From contig MU619363.1 in assembly GCA_025201805.1 (NCBI GenBank), positions 28,366-92,365 on the forward strand: 64,000 bases of DNA, written 5' to 3'. The notes below the pieces were generated by a model. The model searched no databases. It saw only the letters and a program-made list of their open reading frames with translations, and was not told where the DNA came from. A program made the translations under genes and the position numbers. Source of the stretch: Parasitella parasitica NRRL 2501. Taxonomy: Eukaryota > Fungi > Mucoromycota. Each line of letters starts with the position of its first letter. Position 1 is the stretch's first letter. Of this stretch, positions 1-10,965 are shown in pieces.

Positions 1-621
1 TTATTGCCAGAGACGCTTTTCCTCGCTGTAAACATCATTGACAGATTCTTGTCTGTGCGCACTGTTGCGCTCGGAAAGCTCCAGTTGGTTGGCATCACTG
101 CGCTTTCGATTGCGACCAAGTTTGAAGAAATCAGATGTCCCTCGATGCAAGACTTTTTGTTTATGACAGACAACGCTGTGACCGAAGACGAGTTTATCAA
201 GGCTGAACGCTTCGTCATGCAAATCCTGGACTTTCGGTTCTGCTACCCCAACCCGCTAAACTTTCTGAGACGTGTCTGCACGGATGAAATGAAGTGCGAC
301 GTTCATACCCGCACTTTGGCCAAGTATTTTATGGAAATCTCATGTATTGATCACGCATTCATCGGCGTCCGCCCCTCTAAGATTGCAGCAGCGGCGCTGT
401 GGCTGTCTAAAAAGATGCTGGTCAAAGGCAAATGGAACAACAGTCTGACAAAGCTGTCTGGATACGCACCGCATGATTTCAGAACGACTGTGGAAGCCAT
501 GCTGGATTATCTGTCGCAGCCGATAACCCACGATGCATTCTTCAAGAAATGGTCAACCAAGAAACTATCAAAAGCAAGCATCTTTGTGCGCGATTGGATT
601 AACCGATACTATATCAATTGA
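1..621 (+). CDS. B-type (G2/M) cyclin, 3' part; 5' end outside window
   Basis: Cyclin-box motifs ETLFLAVNIIDRFL, LQLVGITALSIATKFEE, YPNPLNFLRR, TLAKYFMEIS; stop at 619-621. Confidence 0.92.
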   Translation, partial: LLPETLFLAVNIIDRFLSVRTVALGKLQLVGITALSIATKFEEIRCPSMQDFLFMTDNAVTEDEFIKAERFVMQILDFRFCYPNPLNFLRRVCTDEMKCDVHTRTLAKYFMEISCIDHAFIGVRPSKIAAAALWLSKKMLVKGKWNNSLTKLSGYAPHDFRTTVEAMLDYLSQPITHDAFFKKWSTKKLSKASIFVRDWINRYYIN

Positions 622-795
622 TGCTGCTGCTGCTGCGATGGCTCTTGTCTTGTGAACATTTCTTTTTTTTTTATATATATTTATATAATATACACATATG
701 CACTTTTTTACAAAATAATTTCCATCAGCAATAAAATATATATATTTTTTTTTTCCTTCTTTTTTCATCTCCCTCTTTTGCTCTCTTCAAAAGTC

Positions 796-1073
796 ATGTC
801 GACAGAAAACACCTTTAAAAATTCGCTGAAAAACTTTCAATTATCGAGAGGAAACCAATCTGGCATATCGCTGCCTACCAACATTGGCTCATCAGCACCC
901 ACCTCAGCCTTTCAGTCATTTCGTGATGGTGCAGCCAATGCCTTTTCGTCCGTAACGAGCACTGTCCAAGGTTACAATCCGCTTGCAAGTGGCGATGTCG
1001 AAGAAGAGGAGGATCCGTGGTATCAGCTGTCCCGTGTGGAGGTATGCCCCAATTCTGCCTCATACACTTGTTG

Positions 1074-1111
<38 letters not shown>

Positions 1112-1766
1112 CCACACATTCTAGAGAGTGATGGCTTTTGCTTTGTGTCTTGTATTGGGTGTAGGCTGCTTTGCTTTGGTAAGTGCCGTTTTCGCTTGCT
1201 GACGAGTAACCAGCTATTCAATGCTGCCTATGCATAGTCCTTTTTCTTTCTGCCTCTGTTTCCAGGGAAATTCGCTGCCACATTCACATGCAAGTTTGGC
1301 ATTTTTTCAATGTGTTGTTCAGCCTTTGTTAACCGTATAAAATGTAATAATAGTGGGTAGCATCTTGATTTTAGTAAGCGTTGCTTTACTGCGCGGTCCA
1401 CTGTCTCATATCAAACACATGATATCCAGGGAAAGATTGCCGTTTACGGTTTCGTACGTTGGATCCATGATTTTGACATTGTATGCAGCACTAGGCGTAA
1501 GTAGACCTTGACCTTGTTTTTTTTCCCCCCCTCCCCGCCCCCTTTACTGAATTTCAAACAGTTGCGTGTAATGATCCTCACAGTTGTTTTTGCCATTATT
1601 CAAATCGTCGCATTAATTTGGTATGTTGCCACTGATGCTTGTCACATGTAGTCTTATGTTTACCCTACGTAGGTATGTTGGCTCCTATATTCCTGGAGGT
1701 ATCTCCACTTTGAGGTACGGTACAGCGTACATTGGAAGACGAGCTGTATCCGTGCTGCCTATTTGA
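796..1766 (+). CDS. SFT2: SFT2/Got1-family vesicle transport membrane protein (multi-exon)
   Basis: Spliced model gives [14 protein letters not shown]...[25 protein letters not shown]...[18 protein letters not shown]...[10 protein letters not shown]; one GC-AG intron (1290-1353). Confidence 0.88.
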
Positions 1767-1905
1767 ACCCTTTAATAAACCCAATTAGGAAATCCATGGT
1801 TGTAGTAACCCCACGCTCTGAAATACAGATCAGAAACTATTCTTTTTTTTTATTTTTATTTTCCCCCCTTCCCAAACTTGAAAATGTTGCCATCAACATG
1901 TTGCA

Positions 1906-4052
1906 TCATGTCTTTTGCTTCTTGCTGTTTGCAGCGTCATCTTGGACTGAAGAATCAGGCATTGACCGTTTCAGACAGACGGGTTTGCATGCAGGGTATC
2001 TCAGCTCAGAAATCAAACAAAGGTCTACAAAGGGCGTCGAGAGCCATGAAATAACAGATCTGGCGGTGTCCCGTCTTTCAGCAGATGGGCTCAGCAGCTT
2101 TATCAGTAAATTTTTCATGGTCGTGTGGTTGATTTCATCCAGCATTGTGTTTAGCAGCGTGGTCTCTTGTTGAATAGTCTTGCGCAGTGTCTCCAGGTTG
2201 TCTGTGTTGATGGATATCAAGGGCTTCATGACCAACATAACCTCCCAAATGACCATCCCAAGTGTGTACAAGTCTTCGGCGACAGGGTTCACCAAGTGTG
2301 GCAAAACTTGGTCGTCGCAGGGGTGCTGGGGCAAGGTTTCAAGCGGACGGTATCGATATTCACTACGGGCAGGCTTGGACCGGATGGCTGGCAGGTGCTT
2401 GCACCAAGTGTCGAGTTCACGCAAGCTTCTCGGCATGACCTGACTATCGTAGTCTGGATTCACAGTGTCTGGACATGCTACCCACCAATCTCTGTAGCAC
2501 GATGGCTCAGTGAAAACCAGGTTTCTAAAGTTGATGACCCACAGCTCGAACTTTTTGCTGCCATCTCGTAAAACCTGCTCCGTCTGGCTTACCATAAAGT
2601 TCACCATGGAGAGATTGCGATGCGCAAGGCCTATTTCGTGCATGATCAAGGTAGCCTCCAGCAGTTGCATCACAATGTCAAACTGTTGATGTGGCGTCAG
2701 GGTACTCTGGTAAATGTGCTCTTTCAGGGTCTTTTCAAAGCGCTGCAGGCAGATGCCAACGATCTCTCCCGTGCCATCGTGCAGCACTTGGTAGACTTTG
2801 GGCATATGAGGAAGCCTTGTCAGTTGCAAAAGTCCAACGACCTCATTGGTTCGCTGGTTGATTGGCATTCTTTCGAATGTCTGCACCACTTTTGTGCTGT
2901 CGTTTGGCAAGTAGTACACGTTCTTCAAGCCGCTGTGAGCCACAAGAGTCATGTCTTGGTCGTATTGATGAATGTCTACGACAGGTATGCCCTTTTGCTT
3001 GGCAAACTTGGCTATCTTTGTCCATAACCGCGAAGCATGTCGGATGTAGAAATTGGATGGCCGTTCGTTCGCGAAATGGTCAAGGTAGCGAGTGAATGAC
3101 TTGGCAGGATTGGCTTGACGGGGCTCGACGGGCTGCACATCTGCTATAGTCTGGTTCATTGCGGCGGCTGGCTGGTTTGGATCTGCTTGCATAACATCAG
3201 GTTCAGCCATGGTGTCCAGCGATTCATTAGCTTCAACAGTCTCTAGCGACTGACTGTACTCTGAATCCAGTGACGGCGTAGACTGGCTTGAATGGCTATG
3301 TACGGGAGACAAGGCAGATACAGTAGATTGGCTGCTCTGAGCGGACAAAGTGGACTGGCTAGAATGGCTTGGTAAAGTAGACAACGTTGATACAGTGAAG
3401 AAAGTAGATTGAGCAGATCGACTGGATTGACTGGATAGACTGGATAGACTGGATTGGCTGGACTGGCTGGACTGGCTGGACTGGCTGGATTGGCTGGATC
3501 GACAGGATCGACAGGATTGACTGGACTGAATGGACTGGATTGAATGAATAGATTGAGCAGACTGGGTAGGCTGGGTAGGCTGGGTAGACTGGGCCAAGTC
3601 GCTAGATTGAATGGATAGGATAGAATGGATCGATAGAGTAGATGGCATAGATTGAACAGGCTGAATCGAAAGCACAGCGGGCTGCCTCGAACGAGTAGAT
3701 GCAGAAGACAGAGTGGAGTGACTAGAGCCGTTGGACTGGCCAGACCCAACAGAGCAATTTGGTTGATCATCGAGATCTTGGTCAGATTCAAGAAGAGAGG
3801 ACAGACTAGGCGAGCTGCCTGTATCGTCATCCTCCTCCATGTTTCCGTTGGCTGCGTCTTCAAAATCTTGGGTTAGATCTTCATCCTCCGGGTCGCTGTA
3901 TTCATAGGATGCCGTAGAGTCGCTGTTGATACTACGTGAATCGGAGACGTCTCTGTTCACGCCGTTCCCAAGCTTGTCCTGATTTCTTTGGTAGTACTCC
4001 TGTCGACGAATCAACACTCCCCGAGATGCAATTGAAGGCATGCACACTTGTA

Positions 4053-4138
<86 letters not shown>

Positions 4139-7053
4139 TATTGTCAGAGCTATAGAAAGAGAGGTGAAATGAGCACATACCAGGATTGAGATGAACAAAG
4201 TGAGTTTGGCGAGTTTGCGAAATAGTAGAGCCTAGTTGGGTAGGCGTATTTAGTTGGAGCCGTAGAGGTGGCAATGTTCTTGGGCACGGATGCACGGGTA
4301 ACGCACTTGATCCATTGGTCATTTGATTATTAGGCTCAATAGCGGAATCCGTATGCACACGCCGAGTTGGGTGAGGGTATCTAGTTGAGGGAGACGGAGG
4401 CGGAGAAGGCGATGGATCTGCAGTATCTGTATTAGGCAGATATTCAGAGACGGCGTTTGGTGGTGGCGGCGGTGGTGATGGGGGCTCTTGGTGATGGACG
4501 GTATGTGGTGGTGGAGAAGCAGTCGTGGCTAGCGATGTTGCTGCTGTTGAAGCATCCATATGGTTTACACTGCTTGTTTCGGATAAGGAGTCCATATCGA
4601 TATTTAATAAAGACGACGGGGTTGGTTCTTTTGGAGTGGGCTCCCTTGGAGTGGGTTCCTTTGGAGATGGTTCCTTTGGGGATGGTTCTTTTGGGGATGG
4701 TTCCTTTGGAGATGGTTTCTGTGGAGATGGTTTCTGTAGAGATGGTTTCTTGAGAGACGGTTCCTTGGGAGACGGTTCCTTGGGAGACAGTTCCTTGAGA
4801 GACGGTTCCTTGGAAGACGGTTCCTTGAGAGACGGTTCCTTGGGAGATGGTTTCTTGGAAGATGGGCCCTTGGGGGTCGGCTCCTTGACAGCTGGACCCG
4901 CTGTTGAAAGTTGATTGTCTTCAGTTGGAGATTCTGCGTCTGACTCGATATCAACAGGGAAAAATACGCTCGTTCTTTTAGGCGGCTGCGATGTTGTTTT
5001 TCTAGCCTTGGGTGGCCTTTTAGATGAGGGTGGTACATGGGGAAGTTTGATTTCTATAGAGGCACTCGAGTTCTGTGAAATGTCCTTTGGAGGATTAAGT
5101 ATCAATCTTTTGGTTGTGGTTTTTGGCGTAGAAAGTAAAGTAGGTAGTGATATATGCTTGCTTGATTTGTGCTTTTTTGATTTTTCTTTGGGCGATGAAT
5201 GCTTTGGGATTCTAAGGTTCAATCTACTGATTAGATTGGCTGCAGCCATGGACGTTGATTCATGATCTTCCGCAGGAATGAGAATAGGTGATGGGGTTCC
5301 TTTTGACGATGCACCAGATTTACGCAAGGACGGGCCTTTGTCTTTGACAGGACAAGTATTCAGCGATGATGGTGCAGATGTTTTGCCTTTGGACACTTTT
5401 AGCTTCAGCTTTGTTTTCGGCACTGGCTCTAAATGGGAGGTTGATTTAGGATAGTCGACCTTGGTGGAATCGAGATCCGCATTGGAAACTACTTTGGATC
5501 GAAGTTTGGGAGTCGCGGGAATCTTTTTAGTGCGCACTGCCAAAGTTTTGGTGGGTGCAGTGCTTGATGATGGCGGTAATGGTAGTGCTGGTAGCGCTGG
5601 CGGTGCTGGTAGTGTTGGCGGTGCTGGCGGTGCTGGCAGCGCTGGCGATGTTGGCGATGTTGGTGATGCTGGCGATGTTGGCGATGTTGGCGATGTCGGT
5701 GTTTTTTGGGGAGCCTGTGGAGCTGGTGACTTTGGGTTTGATGTTGCTGCTTCACCAGGCGTCAAAGTTAGTTTTGCAAGTATTTCGGGCTCAATGTCTG
5801 AGGAAGCTTCTGATGTAGTCGAAGACACTGGATTCAGCATAGAGTCAGCAAAGTACCGTGCAACTTGGAAATTGCGGATCTTTTTCGGGTCCGTATTATA
5901 TCTTGTTGAAAGTCTAAAAGTAGTAAACACCTTTTTCAAGCAATTGCGATCGATGTCTCGATTGATGATGGACTCCACATTTTGCACTGCAGCCTGCAAA
6001 GGCTTGACTTTGATCCATGCCTTTGGGGAATAATTAACGCTTTCGCTGAAATCCATTGTTGAATCGTCTACATCGTGCACCTCCTTTACAGGCTCTGCTA
6101 ACAGAACAGTCGCACGGATCTTGGAAAACGTCTCGTTTTTGACATTTATCGGTGTCAACTTGAGGTCATAAATGATCGCCAAAGCTCCGTTTGGGTCGGT
6201 GTGTGCTTGTTTGAGAAGGGTCCGGTTCTTTGCAATGTATAAGCGCGGCAATGGCATCTTTTTCCGAATAGACTCTTCGGTGCTCATGTATTCAAAAAAG
6301 TAGGAATTCAATAGCTGAAACACATGCTGGCTTGTTCCTCCATACATTCTCTTGCTGCTGTGGTCCTGCTCACTGAATATGTGGATTCCATACAACGTAC
6401 TATGAAATAAGCCATTTGATTAGCTAGCTTTTACTTTGTTTCCATACTGCTGCATGGTGAACTCTCACCTCTTCCCAGAGGTTTGCGTAGGCTCAGGGCT
6501 CGCATTACTTTCATTGTACAGCTCTTCGGGCAACAATATCCTTCCTATTGAGGATACATCTGTCATCTCCGTCGATAGATAAAGCGGCCTAAGCGTATAG
6601 AATAGGACGTGTGAGTGGACGGATGGCTTGGTGCTATGAAAAAGATGACTTTTTTTTTTACCGTTTTCCTCCTCGAATAAAGAGTATAATTTCGTCGTAT
6701 CGCTTTTTCAAGGTCAAGGCTTGCTGGTATATGGGGTCGACAGAAAGATGAAACCGCATAGCATTCTCCCAAATCAAAAAGAGGTCCTTTGCAAAGTCCT
6801 TTACATTTTTATACTTGTTTTTGAACAGCTTCTCCTCCAGCGTTTTCAAATCCATAGGGTGTTTAATTTTGCTGTGGTAAATGGTTGCGGATGAAGGTAC
6901 GGGTGCCATGAATTGATGACAATCATACGTAGAAACGAGCTCGTCGATGATGAACACACATTGACGGAATTGGTCAGGCGAAAGGCTCATCTTTTTGGAG
7001 CCTAGTTGTAGCGTCGTTGACTTTTGGCCTTTAGTATGCTCAGAGTTTGCCAT
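1906..7053 (-). CDS. Bromodomain + low-complexity linker + C-terminal protein-kinase-like (pseudokinase) protein, ~1623 aa; exons 7053-6662, 6588-6469, 6399-4181, 4046-1906
   Basis: Three GT-AG introns join ORFs 6658-7053, 4011-6395 and 1906-4047 in frame (4872 nt). Bromodomain motifs [28 protein letters not shown]; kinase fold AHRNLS, INFRN, EDLYTLG. Confidence 0.82.
3330..3665 (-). repeat. Coding 9-bp tandem repeat (SQS/TQP/SIQ triplets)
   Basis: Imperfect GGACTGGCT-type units on + strand; SSQSSQSSQ in the protein. Confidence 0.85.
4618..4880 (-). repeat. Coding 15-bp tandem repeat encoding (K/R)EPS(P/L/S) pentapeptides
   Basis: GGAGATGGTTCCTTT / GAGACGGTTCCTTG units; [14 protein letters not shown]. 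Confidence 0.9.
5575..5700 (-). repeat. Coding 9-bp tandem repeat (PTS/PAP/PAL)
   Basis: GGCGATGTT / GGCGGTGCT units. Confidence 0.85.
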
Positions 7054-7254
7054 GTTGTAGTTTTGCAGGACAATAGTATGAACTACACCTTTTTTTTTTT
7101 TTTTTCTACCGTATTAAAATGTTGTTCAAACTCGTGCAAGTCTCGTCACGAGCAGCAGAGGAACTCCCCCCCCCCCCTCACACCACTCAAAAACACACGC
7201 ACATACAAATGTTGCACCTGTTTTGAAGTTCAACAAAAAAGTTGCCAGACCATC

Positions 7255-8209
7255 ATGCTTGAGCTGCTGAGAGAACCTCGCTTACCTACCGCAGCATATC
7301 CCATACGAGGATTTGCGCACTTTCTACACCATCCCAGGCGCCATGCTGGCCCCATATTTTTGTCCATCATCAAAGTGGTTGCAGCCAGTTCCGTGGTTGT
7401 TGTGCCGTTGTATCGCTATGGTTACAGATTTCAACATGCATTGCTGGAACAAGCATACAAGGCTCTATTTTCCAATACGCCACAAACAAGCTTGGATTCG
7501 TTTTTTGTCCGGACATCTAGTTTTTTGCTTTGTTTGGTTGAAACATCTGCCATCACTCTACAGATAGGAAACCACTTTATTGGAAGCATACGTGCTCGCC
7601 TCTTTGATTCTGTATTAAAAGAACGACACGGCCTCCCAGCAATGCAGGACAGTGACAATGATGCTCTGGCACTAATCACAGAGAAAGTTGCAGGGCCTGC
7701 TCATACAACCGTGCCCAAGTATCATTTCCTTTCGCCTTGCAATTTGATGATACTAAGCGCTCAACAGGATGAAGACTGGCCCATCTTTCTGCTTCGATCT
7801 GCTCTCTTTGTATTGACGCTACCTCTTAACATTGTTCCTGTCGTGGGCCCTATTTGCTTTGTCTCTATTCAAGCCTTGTTCCGGGGAGGCGTAGCTCATA
7901 AGCGTTATTTTCAACTGTACAAGTGGACTCCAGAGCAGCGCCAGCGCAGAATAGAAACCTATTTTTGGCAATACCAGCGGTTCGGTTTGGTCGCAACTGC
8001 TCTGGAGATGCTGCCCTTTGCTGGCTACTTGTTTATGTATACAAATCAAATCGGGTAAGCTTTTATTGAACATATATAGCAAAAGATGTACGCACATTGA
8101 CGTTGTATCACCCCTTGACAGCGCTGCCCTTTGGGCAATGGATCTACATGATCGCAAGATGCTCGAGCCGAGTAGCAGCAGTGCCAGCAGCACATTTAAA
8201 CAAGATTGA
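7255..8209 (+). CDS. EI24/Rrt8(Lds)-like membrane protein
   Basis: AYPIRGFAHF, LNIVPVVGP, HKRYFQL, FGLVATALEMLPF...TNQIG|AALWAMD; intron 8055-8121. Confidence 0.8.
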
Positions 8210-8466
8210 TGCATTTTGAATATAGTCTCAACGCAAATGATAACGATGATTTTATGCGTGCCAAACAACAAGTTGTCGCACTCAATTTTTTTTTCTTGAT
8301 ATACATAAAATACATGCTTACATACACTAAATAGTAATAACGCTGTAGTAATATATATATATATAAGAGTCTTTAATTTGTTTTTCAGACACTCAAGAAT
8401 AACCTTTTGGCAACCTCCACCTCATCAATGAAGGACATTTACTACAGACACATGATATAGCATACG

Positions 8467-10399
8467 CTAATTCCTCTTGTGTTCGATAAAATTCTTGAAT
8501 CCTGGATTCAGTGTCTGCAACCAAAAATTGGTAACAGTGTTTGGCCACAGCCCGTAAACCTAAATTTTACATGGCCAAGTTAGGATATCGCATATAAGGA
8601 ATATTGTTGCAGTAGCGTAGGGGGGGGGGGGGACTTACGTCGCCGTCTTTATTGAGATACCATGAGCTGCAGCCGCTTTTCCAAACGGTGCCAGTAAACT
8701 GCCTCTTTAGCTTTGCTGTGTAAGCATCTTGCGCGGCTAATTTTGGCTCCAAAGCTGCAAGGTTCTTCTTGATAGCATGCTTCATACAGCGGATAGCATA
8801 TTGCACTTGACTATTATATATAAGCATGCACAAGTAAGTTTTTTTGAATGGAAAATAGAGTCTTTTCTTCCTACCATTCAATAATGGTTACCACAGAGTT
8901 ATGTCCAAGGCCAACACCAGCACCAAGCAATAGGAAGAAATTGGGAAAGCCATGAATGGTGGCGCCCTTGTAAGTATCAGGATAGTGTTTCTCCCACCTG
9001 TCTCTCAAAGACAAGTTATCTCTGCCGTAGACTATTATTGTAAAAGTATGCAAAAAGGTAAATCGAAATGTTCAGAGACTATCTGGGAGCTCCTGGCACG
9101 TACTCTCTAAATTGCCCAAGAAACCTTCAACATTGAATCCAGTGGCCAGTACCAGAACATCGACTTGTTGAGTGTTCCCTTTGATATCTGTTAGTATATC
9201 ACCTTGTGCTTCCTTGACAGCTCGAGGAACCACAGTAACATTGGGCTTTGCCAATGCCTCGAGATAGTTCTCGGATTTGGCAATGCGCTTACATCCAGGA
9301 GGAAAAGTCGGCGTAAGAACGGGGATCAGATCCGCGCGACCAGCTCTTTTCAGCCTGAAGGCAGTTAACTTTTCAAAAATTCGGTGCACTGCTCTGCTGA
9401 TAAGTGTCCCGTGGAATCCAAAGCCTGCATAATAAAGCTCATGCTACAAGTACATAGACTCTAGGTGTTAGAGGAGAAGCCGTCTTCACTGCAACCATCA
9501 AATATGTTGTATCGTACCTGGAAAAAAATTGCGTTGCGAAAGATGCGCATCAGAAAAGGAACGTGCTGAAGCAAGAACTTTGTGATGCCAGAATACGCAA
9601 ACTGGTCTCTAGGAGCAATCCAGGCTGGTGTTCTTTGATAGCTGGTGAGATGCTTTGCCACCTTGCGTAATTCAGGAATAGCTTGAATGGCACTTGCCCC
9701 ACTGCCGACAACAGCAACGTTCTTTTCGGATAAATCAATTGAGGAATCCCATAGCGCTGTATGAACAACTTTTCCAGTAAATCCTTTGAATTGCGGCGGA
9801 ATATTAGGTATGCGCAAAGGGCCCAAGCCTGCAAATCTACATGTAGTAGTAGAAAGATCTTTAATACGATACCAGACTAGGTATAGGTATTACATACACA
9901 TAGTTGAAATACTCGGCAACAATAGGCTGCGGAAGATTCACATCAGCGCTTCTTCTAGATTCGACTTTCCACATCTGCTTTTCTTGGATCCACTGGATGC
10001 AGACCACTTCAGTCCTGAATTTTGTTTGCTCGTATATGCCATGCTTCCGAGCAACCTTCCTGAGGTATTTGTAAATTTCGCTTTGGGGGCTGTAATGATG
10101 AGACCAGTCCGGATTCAGTTCAAAGCTGAATGAGTATAGGGGACTCGGGATATCACAGGCACATCCAGGATAGGTATTGTCATGCCATGTCCCTCCTACA
10201 TCAGCGGATATCTCGTACAGTTGGGCTTTGATACCCAATTGCTTTTTCACTTGAATTGCAGCACATAGGCCGCTAAATCTGATTGATATTTTTATGCCAA
10301 AAAGAGTTGTCAGTACACGGAAAGATCCATTCCTTTTTTGCCTTTTTATATATTTTACCCTGTTCCAATGACGGCTACTGTCGGTTGAGTTTGATTCAT
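8467..10399 (-). CDS. Type I Baeyer-Villiger / flavin-containing monooxygenase (multi-exon)
   Basis: VAVIGTG|FSG (FAD), GGTWHDNTYPGCACD, FTGKVVHTALWD (FxGxxxHxxxW fingerprint), VVGSGASAIQ (NADP), ATGF, FPNFFLLLG. Confidence 0.93.
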
Positions 10400-10965
10400 T
10401 CAAGAGTGTTATACAGTGTAGTAGACAAGAAGAAGGAAATCCCAAGAATGAGCGAGAGAGTCTAATTTATACAGCAATTTCTTAAATGGGAGAAAAAAGC
10501 TTATGTGCTGTAAATGTAGTAGTACAAACGAGCACATTGGACATGAAAAACTTATTCATGAGATTACTCCATATTTGATTGAGAAAAAAAAAAAAAAAAA
10601 AAAAAATAGGACATTAGCTCTAATGTTCCACTCTGGATTCACAATAGTATTCTTTTGACAAGTAGCACTGATTTCTGTTTGAAAAAGTGCTGTGTAAATG
10701 ACGTATCGGAATGCCCACATGGACGAATCAAGAGTGAGGCTTATTTGCAGGTTTTTCCATTTAATTTTATTGCAACCAAATTCGCCTTCCCTTTTTTTCT
10801 GCTTTCTTTCCACTACTTTCACGCATAATACTCTTCCTTTACCTTGTGTATATTATCCTGACTTGAACCGTTAACGAAACATACTTTTTTTTTAGTTTAT
10901 TTTTATTCACGTACATATCACAGATAGCATTTAATCCTGAAAACGCACCACAAGAAACAAAGACC

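Noticed and set aside
3932-4198. Poly-Lys/poly-Phe ORFs (also 38542-38805)
   Set aside because: Translations of intronic homopolymer runs
4457-6033. + strand Gly-rich, collagen-like ORFs (GDGSF/GDVG repeats)
   Set aside because: Antisense shadows of the Pro-rich coding repeats in the bromo-pseudokinase gene
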